Shown: positions 61,101 through 64,000 of the stretch, piece after piece | How the letters are laid out: each line of letters starts with the position of its first letter | How positions within the stretch are numbered: the stretch's first letter is position 1 | Assembly (NCBI GenBank): GCA_002633005.1 | Contig: NMRA01000332.1 | Location: 135,121 to 199,120, forward strand | Direction of reading: 5' to 3' | DNA from: Phoronis australis | Lineage: Eukaryota; Animalia; Phoronida | DNA length: 64,000 bases | Program-made: the position numbers and the translations under genes | Notes under the pieces: model-generated | What the model was told of the DNA's origin: nothing | Databases searched by the model: none | The model's input: the letters and a program-made list of their open reading frames with translations, nothing else

Positions 61101-63172
61101 ACCTGCACCGATTTCTTGACGGATTTTCAATAAAATTTGGCAAATATGTTCTTGGCCTGTGCTTCTTTAGTATGACATCATGTTGACGTTTTGAACCCAT
61201 TCGAATAAAATTTAAATTCTAAAATCAGAAAAAAAAATTATTGTGTAATAATTAAGTCAGATTTCACGAAGCGCTTTGAATTACTAAGCAATCTGAAAAT
61301 TATCACAGAGCTATGGACCTGGTCAATTTTAGTCCTTTTCAACTCCGTGTTCTCCAGGAGCATGCAATGACTACAACAGTTGTCGGTGCTCACCGATTAA
61401 ACCATTAAACAAATAATTTTGTAAAAGTGTTCAGTGCTAAAATACCATGTGATTACCTGCATGGCAATAATAACCACGACTAACAATATTTTGAAAATGT
61501 GATACGACTATGCATTTCTGTTCTTATTTGTGTGCCCTAAGCACCTTATAAATGTGCTAGACACGTGATAATTAGATAAACAGACATGAAATGCACTTTT
61601 CATACGGATTTTACGGGTATTAATTTATTATTTTTGCGTCTGTTTGTGGCGTCCTCCAATCTGTCCAATCGGATGGAAGGATAATTATGAAATCGTACAA
61701 TGTGTGTTCCGGTTGAAATGCACGCGAGTGGCGAAGATTTTCGGATAGGTCGAGCTACTGTGACCGTCCCCGCTAGTGACACATTTGTTTTTTGCCTGTG
61801 CCTCAATATCTACTAAGTTTTTTCAAAAATCTTAATAAATTTTGACATGTTTCAAGTTCAAGAGAGAACACGTGCTGTTGATTTTGGGACTAGTCCTGTT
61901 GCTGTGGCGTCCCCAAGTGACAACTTAGATTTTCGTTGCCTTTGACTCTGTATATAGCTAGTTATTTGAGAGATTTTAACAAAATTTGGCAAATGCGTGT
62001 CTACCAAACACATGACAACACTTGTTGAAGACAGATTTTGACTCTTGCTACGCCCCCTAGTGGCCTTTTGATTTTATGATACTAATAACTTCACACCTGG
62101 ACGTACACCGTTTGCTTTGCAGACGAGCATTTCAACTGTTAACTTGTCAACTTGTTTCATTGTGCACTTTCAGCTTAATTTGGGCTTGGTGATCAACATC
62201 ATTCGAATTCTTGTTACCAAGTTACGAGCAGTGAACACACCCGACACCGGTCACATAAGGTAGTGCACATGTATGGTTTGTTTACCTACAACTCCAGTAT
62301 ATTCACGCTTTGAAGAGTGTGTACTGGCGTGAGTAACTGCGATACACTTGCGTGGAGGAATTTCGGCTTGTCGTGGAATTTAGAGAGTGAAATAAATAAA
62401 GTGAATATCAATAAATACTTCAGGCATGAGTTTGAGCGTCACGGAAGTGAAGGAGGACGCTCATCGCTGTATCTAGCGCATTATACGCCACTTTTACAGC
62501 AAAATATAGTTTTGCTAATTGGTTTGTGTCGATATATATTTTATCGTGTTGCGAATATTTTCGCCATGAACAATCGTGAAAATGTGATGTCCTGCTTATT
62601 TGGTTAAGTAGATTTAACCAAGTTGTCAGGTAGTAAAGTCATCGAAAATAACATTAAGCGGTAGCAATATATTTCACTGAGCGTTTTGCTATTTGTAGGA
62701 AGACAGTTCGCGCGACGGCCATCCTTATCCCGTTGCTTGGCCTGCACCAGATTCTAATTCTCGCCCCTAGTGACGATGACCTGCCCTACATTTTTGTGTA
62801 CCAATTCTTCGCCGCAATTATCATCTCGACCCAGGTATGTTTATTACAGTAATTTCGGCCAAGTCACTCCCAGACAAAAACGAAATACTCGAGCGACAAT
62901 TTTATCAATAATGATCTAGCAGTTAGCCGCCGCGACATTTCACTCCTTCATTTTTGGAGTCTTGGCTACGTTAATGACTGCGTTTCCTTCCGTTGAATTA
63001 CATTCTGTAATCAAGAAGAGTTGATTGTCATTGATTGTTGATTCTTGATGGGAACTGATTGGTGTCATCGAACTCCCTACTATGATTTTCCTGGATCATT
63101 TTTCTGGTAATTTCAACTTTCATTTTGCAGGGATTCCTCGTTGCCACGATATATTGCTTCTTCAATGGCGAG
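16044..63172 (+). CDS. Class B1 (secretin-family) GPCR, calcitonin/CGRP/DH31-receptor-like; multi-exon gene with 11 coding exons in the window, 3'-partial and possibly 5'-partial
   Basis: Manual splice join(16044..16135,42219..42329,51201..51310,51588..51676,52057..52177,53854..54007,56469..56535,59317..59383,62174..62259,62699..62834,63131..63172). All introns are GT-AG and all phases match. Protein from ATG 16054: MKDTSVSAMTDEKSCLEKLRKEPPPLDGNLYCNGTWDMLTCIPHIAAGETKYLPCPPGAAYVNAEKAFRTCTVNGTWWKDPEDLEARPKTNYLQCSRDDTHVVVTEWLYRSGFSLSLVCLLVAIFTFLAFRQLHCERISVHKNLFVSYAFVCIVSLINHLAVDYEIAKENPGWCQAVHVLWVYFTQCNYFWMFAEGIYLHTSLLFTFVSSKKILFVCYGIGWGIPLLVTVPYIGLRVVDPNATIMCWMGTHHWQFLIVAIPPTLTVVLNLGLVINIIRILVTKLRAVNTPDTGHIRKTVRATAILIPLLGLHQILILAPSDDDLPYIFVYQFFAAIIISTQGFLVATIYCFFNGE. 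It has six ECD Cys and the class B motifs HKNLF, NYFWMxxEGxYLH, GWGxP, PLLG and QGFxVAxxYCFxNxE. Confidence 0.95.
16560..16601 (+). repeat. (CCA)n microsatellite
   Basis: Read directly from the sequence. Confidence 0.95.
23470..24844. mobile_element. Non-autonomous TTAA-target TIR element (Kolobok-like)
   Basis: ttaa|GGTTATCTCCAACCTTATT ... AATAAGGTTTGAGATAACC|ttaa; TTAA TSD and RR...YY termini; no coding capacity seen. Confidence 0.78.
25691..25718 (+). repeat. (AT)n microsatellite
   Basis: Read directly; a single N follows at 25721. Confidence 0.9.
29199..29349 (-). mobile_element. ~150-bp hAT-like MITE (copy 1)
   Basis: CAGTGCTGTAG...CTACAGGACTG termini; perfect 8-bp TSD GACAAATT (29191-29198, 29350-29357); inverted homolog of 31218-31377. 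Confidence 0.85.
29895..30420 (+). mobile_element. Short relative of the Kolobok-like family
   Basis: ttaa|AGGGCAATGACA start. The first ~130 bp resemble 30514-30630 (ttttgtatcaatttagatcgagt...tacctgacacc). Degenerate right end tgtcatttacct. Confidence 0.55.
31218..31377 (+). mobile_element. ~160-bp hAT-like MITE (copy 2), inserted in the Kolobok-like element
   Basis: CAATGCTGTAGTGG...CCACTACAGCACTG; 8-bp TSD gtcggatt/gtcgggtt; absent from the matching site of copy 2 (gaagtcggcttcccc, ~47882). Confidence 0.85.
31803..32090 (-). pseudogene. THAP (C2CH zinc-finger) domain remnant
   Basis: LRCIIPACTN...ISFFRLP..P..LRKW...RFCGRHFVDSDF matches the THAP signature CxxxxC..F.P...W...CxxHF. The start codon reads ATA here and ATG in copy 2. 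Confidence 0.85.
33850..36340 (-). mobile_element. Degenerate L1/Tx1-type LINE ORF2 (RT and C-terminal part)
   Basis: PGPDEIPAEF (~36100), GDPLSPYLLLFCAEIMAILL and ISGLKPNMDK motifs; many stops and frameshifts; boundaries approximate. Confidence 0.8.
36800..37160 (+). mobile_element. L1/Tx1-type LINE fragment (end of endonuclease and linker)
   Basis: SRID-like motif, GF*KFNNALL and KWEMVKMNIREH, matching the GxWKxNxSLL...WExxKxxIR pattern. Confidence 0.65.
37160..40210 (+). repeat. Cluster of nested or tandem non-autonomous hairpin/microsatellite elements (Helentron/HINE-like)
   Basis: Recurrent blocks (37160-37350 ~ 38345-38545; 37500-37920 ~ 37935-38340; 38541-38970 ~ 38973-39400 ~ 39570-39880). 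Heads begin GAACTAGAA inside (AAT/AAG)n tracts, TGACCTTTGACC motifs recur, and three terminal hairpins ACTCTGCG..CGCAGAGT lie at 40046-40210. Confidence 0.7.
40215..41810 (+). mobile_element. L1/Tx1-type LINE 3' part (deleted RT, C-terminal Cys/His region, A-rich tail)
   Basis: FLDF, FNFGPNFKKW, LWNNKI..INGK..YYNAGIVFIQDL and ETINHLFLECEHV motifs; ends aataaaaagaattaaaa. Confidence 0.72.
42219..42329 (+). CDS. GPCR coding exon B (ECD: YCNGTWD..C..CP)
   Basis: tttcag|GAAAT...GCAG|gtaaac; encodes (G)NLYCNGTWDMLTCIPHIAAGETKYLPCPPGAAYVNA(E). Confidence 0.93.
42922..43290 (-). mobile_element. Non-autonomous palindromic interspersed element (copy 2, partial)
   Basis: The reverse complement matches 6268-6700, e.g. 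agattattacatgttctcagtcgtta, ccccggcctctgacatagaaagta and gcttagcatgataa. Confidence 0.75.
44884..45283. mobile_element. Foldback element/MITE with internal short repeats
   Basis: CAGGGGTACCATAGAATCATACGCATGAGCAT ... ATGCTCGTGCTTACGAATTTACGGTAGTCCTG; the left arm has acgaacc/aatca repeats mirrored by ggttcgt/tgatt on the right. Confidence 0.7.
47161..48822 (-). mobile_element. Kolobok-like non-autonomous DNA transposon with THAP remnant (copy 2)
   Basis: ataa|AGGAGAATTCCACCC ... GGGTGGCATTCTCCT|ttaa. The THAP frame starts at ATG 48649 (MLRYIVPACPNYEAAKNAGISFFRLPR*), then has a stop and a frameshift, then LRVCGWHFVDSDF. Confidence 0.85.
48830..50155 (-). mobile_element. CR1/L2-clade LINE 3' fragment
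   Basis: HEHLGLLLD-like motif, LFKSFVIPHLDYCDIIY...LERLQYQAALAITGA...LNWSKL and FKKSTILTCIDNWNSLP; AT-rich 3' tail. Confidence 0.8.
51201..51310 (+). CDS. GPCR coding exon C (ECD: RxCxxNGxW...NYxxC)
   Basis: ttttag|AGAAG...CAT|gtaaga; encodes (E)KAFRTCTVNGTWWKDPEDLEARPKTNYLQCSRDDTH. Confidence 0.93.
51588..51676 (+). CDS. GPCR coding exon D (TM1)
   Basis: tgacag|GTC...TTCAG|gtgagc; encodes VVVTEWLYRSGFSLSLVCLLVAIFTFLAF(R). Confidence 0.93.
52057..52177 (+). CDS. GPCR coding exon E (ICL1-TM2-ECL1)
   Basis: ttccag|ACAG...CCC|gtaagt; encodes QLHCERISVHKNLFVSYAFVCIVSLINHLAVDYEIAKENP. Confidence 0.94.
53040..53760 (-). mobile_element. Penelope-like element 3' fragment (C-terminal GIY-YIG endonuclease), Naiad-like
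   Basis: LDVIIYYRNRKSSNLVIK linker, then VVYEFVCPMNEC....CYIGQT..SLSRRLSMH...LKVLE....EKPVLN (GIY-YIG with conserved R, E, N); frameshifted. The clade assignment is inference. Confidence 0.8.
53854..54007 (+). CDS. GPCR coding exon F (TM3-ICL2-start of TM4)
   Basis: ttatag|GGC...TGGG|gtaagt; encodes GWCQAVHVLWVYFTQCNYFWMFAEGIYLHTSLLFTFVSSKKILFVCYGIGW(G); 154 nt. Confidence 0.96.
56469..56535 (+). CDS. GPCR coding exon G (TM4-ECL2)
   Basis: tttcag|GGATT...ATAAT|gtaagt; encodes (G)IPLLVTVPYIGLRVVDPNATI(M). Confidence 0.9.
59317..59383 (+). CDS. GPCR coding exon H (ECL2 CW motif, start of TM5)
   Basis: tttcag|GTGC...GTT|gtaagt; encodes CWMGTHHWQFLIVAIPPTLTVV. Confidence 0.92.
60205..60757 (+). 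mobile_element. Second, uninterrupted partial copy of the TIR element at 7157-13922
   Basis: Shares ctgaaaa.cc.gttttactgctc (60210 vs 7412), cgatac.gtccttacctcaa..tctgc.aatcagcacagttt (60549 vs 7749) and the right TIR gaaatgaattctcgaaaggatatggcagtagtgttcccatgtgtgtaggataacc. Contains a ~60-bp tandem duplication at 60385-60500. Confidence 0.75.
62174..62259 (+). CDS. GPCR coding exon I (TM5-ICL3)
   Basis: tttcag|CTT...ATAAG|gtagtg; encodes LNLGLVINIIRILVTKLRAVNTPDTGHI(R). Confidence 0.93.
62699..62834 (+). CDS. GPCR coding exon J (TM6-ECL3-TM7)
   Basis: ttgtag|GAAG...CAG|gtatgt; encodes KTVRATAILIPLLGLHQILILAPSDDDLPYIFVYQFFAAIIISTQ. Confidence 0.94.
63131..63172 (+). CDS. GPCR coding exon K (42-nt TM7 exon)
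   Basis: ttgcag|GGA...GAG|gtaaac; encodes GFLVATIYCFFNGE, the short TM7 exon characteristic of class B1 genes. Confidence 0.96.
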
Positions 63173-64000
63173 GTAAACTATTAAACTGTCTTTAAATCGA
63201 CAACACTTCTGCACTGGTTAGAGTCTTGATAATTTCCGCTTGGACGCCCTCTGATGAGCCTACATATAGTCTTACACCCAAATCGTGAAATCTTAGAAAA
63301 TCACGCGTGGTTAACAGGTACTTTACAATCCACGGTAACGTTACTTAGCAACGAGCCTGGAATGACATGTATAGATTTTTTCATCTAAGTCAAAAGTAAG
63401 TTTTTTGCGGACGGCAGAATCATAACAGCTTGAATTAAAGCGCTTTATGAACCATCTTCTAGTGTCATAAACAGTTATCACACTTCCATTGACAGAAACG
63501 TCACCGTGGTAATTTAGTATCATATGGTTGAACTGAAATAGGTTGCAATAAATTGCCGGGTTGCGGTTCCATGCACCCAATCAGACGCTCGTCGCTTGAA
63601 GAGCAAGAGTAATCACATGTTTCACTTGAAATGCACTTGGCCCAGCGTCTGAGCCAGGCCGTCCTCACTTACATGCACGGGTACCGTTAGGGGCAACCAC
63701 AATCATGAGGAGATAAACGGGCCGCTTCAAAGCTATTTTAGAAGTCAGTGAGCAACAATGATTTCAGGCTCTCCGAGTTGTATGTGCCACAGGATTTACA
63801 TTTACCTTGATTACCTTATCAATAAAGTCAAATCATAAACATGCAGTGGTGTTTATGAGAGAGAAAATTTTAAATGAAACACCCTTGGCCTGAATCGCAT
63901 GCAGAGAGCTAGGTAAACAAAGGCGCACGTCTAACTTTTTAATGACAGTCAATTAAAATTCACAAAATTACATATTTCATCTTTCTTAGTTAGATTTTCA

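Noticed and set aside
63251-63292. CTGATGAG as a hammerhead core
   Set aside because: No properly paired stem II followed by GAAA.

Overview
AT-rich, intron- and repeat-rich eukaryotic DNA, most likely from an invertebrate (inference); it is not prokaryotic and has no CRISPR array. The only host gene I can support is a + strand secretin-family (class B1) GPCR of the calcitonin/DH31-receptor type. I reconstructed 11 coding exons by hand (16044-63172). All have AG/GT boundaries and compatible phases, giving 355 uninterrupted codons from ATG 16054: a six-Cys hormone-binding domain plus TM1-TM7. The last exon (helix 8/C-tail) lies beyond the window, and the true 5' end is unresolved. The upstream region and introns are full of transposable elements: a degenerate Ngaro/DIRS-type tyrosine-recombinase retrotransposon with split direct repeats nested inside a TIR element; two THAP-carrying TTAA (Kolobok-like) elements; hAT-like and PIF-like MITEs; L1/Tx1 and CR1/L2 LINE relics; a Penelope-like GIY-YIG fragment with a hammerhead-like motif; a hairpin/microsatellite (Helentron/HINE-like) cluster; and mini- and microsatellites. 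There is a 509-N assembly gap. I found no clearly new biological system. The best leads are the divergent receptor, a candidate alternative first exon, the nested YR-retrotransposon architecture and the ribozyme-like motif. All family assignments come from motif recognition, not database searches.
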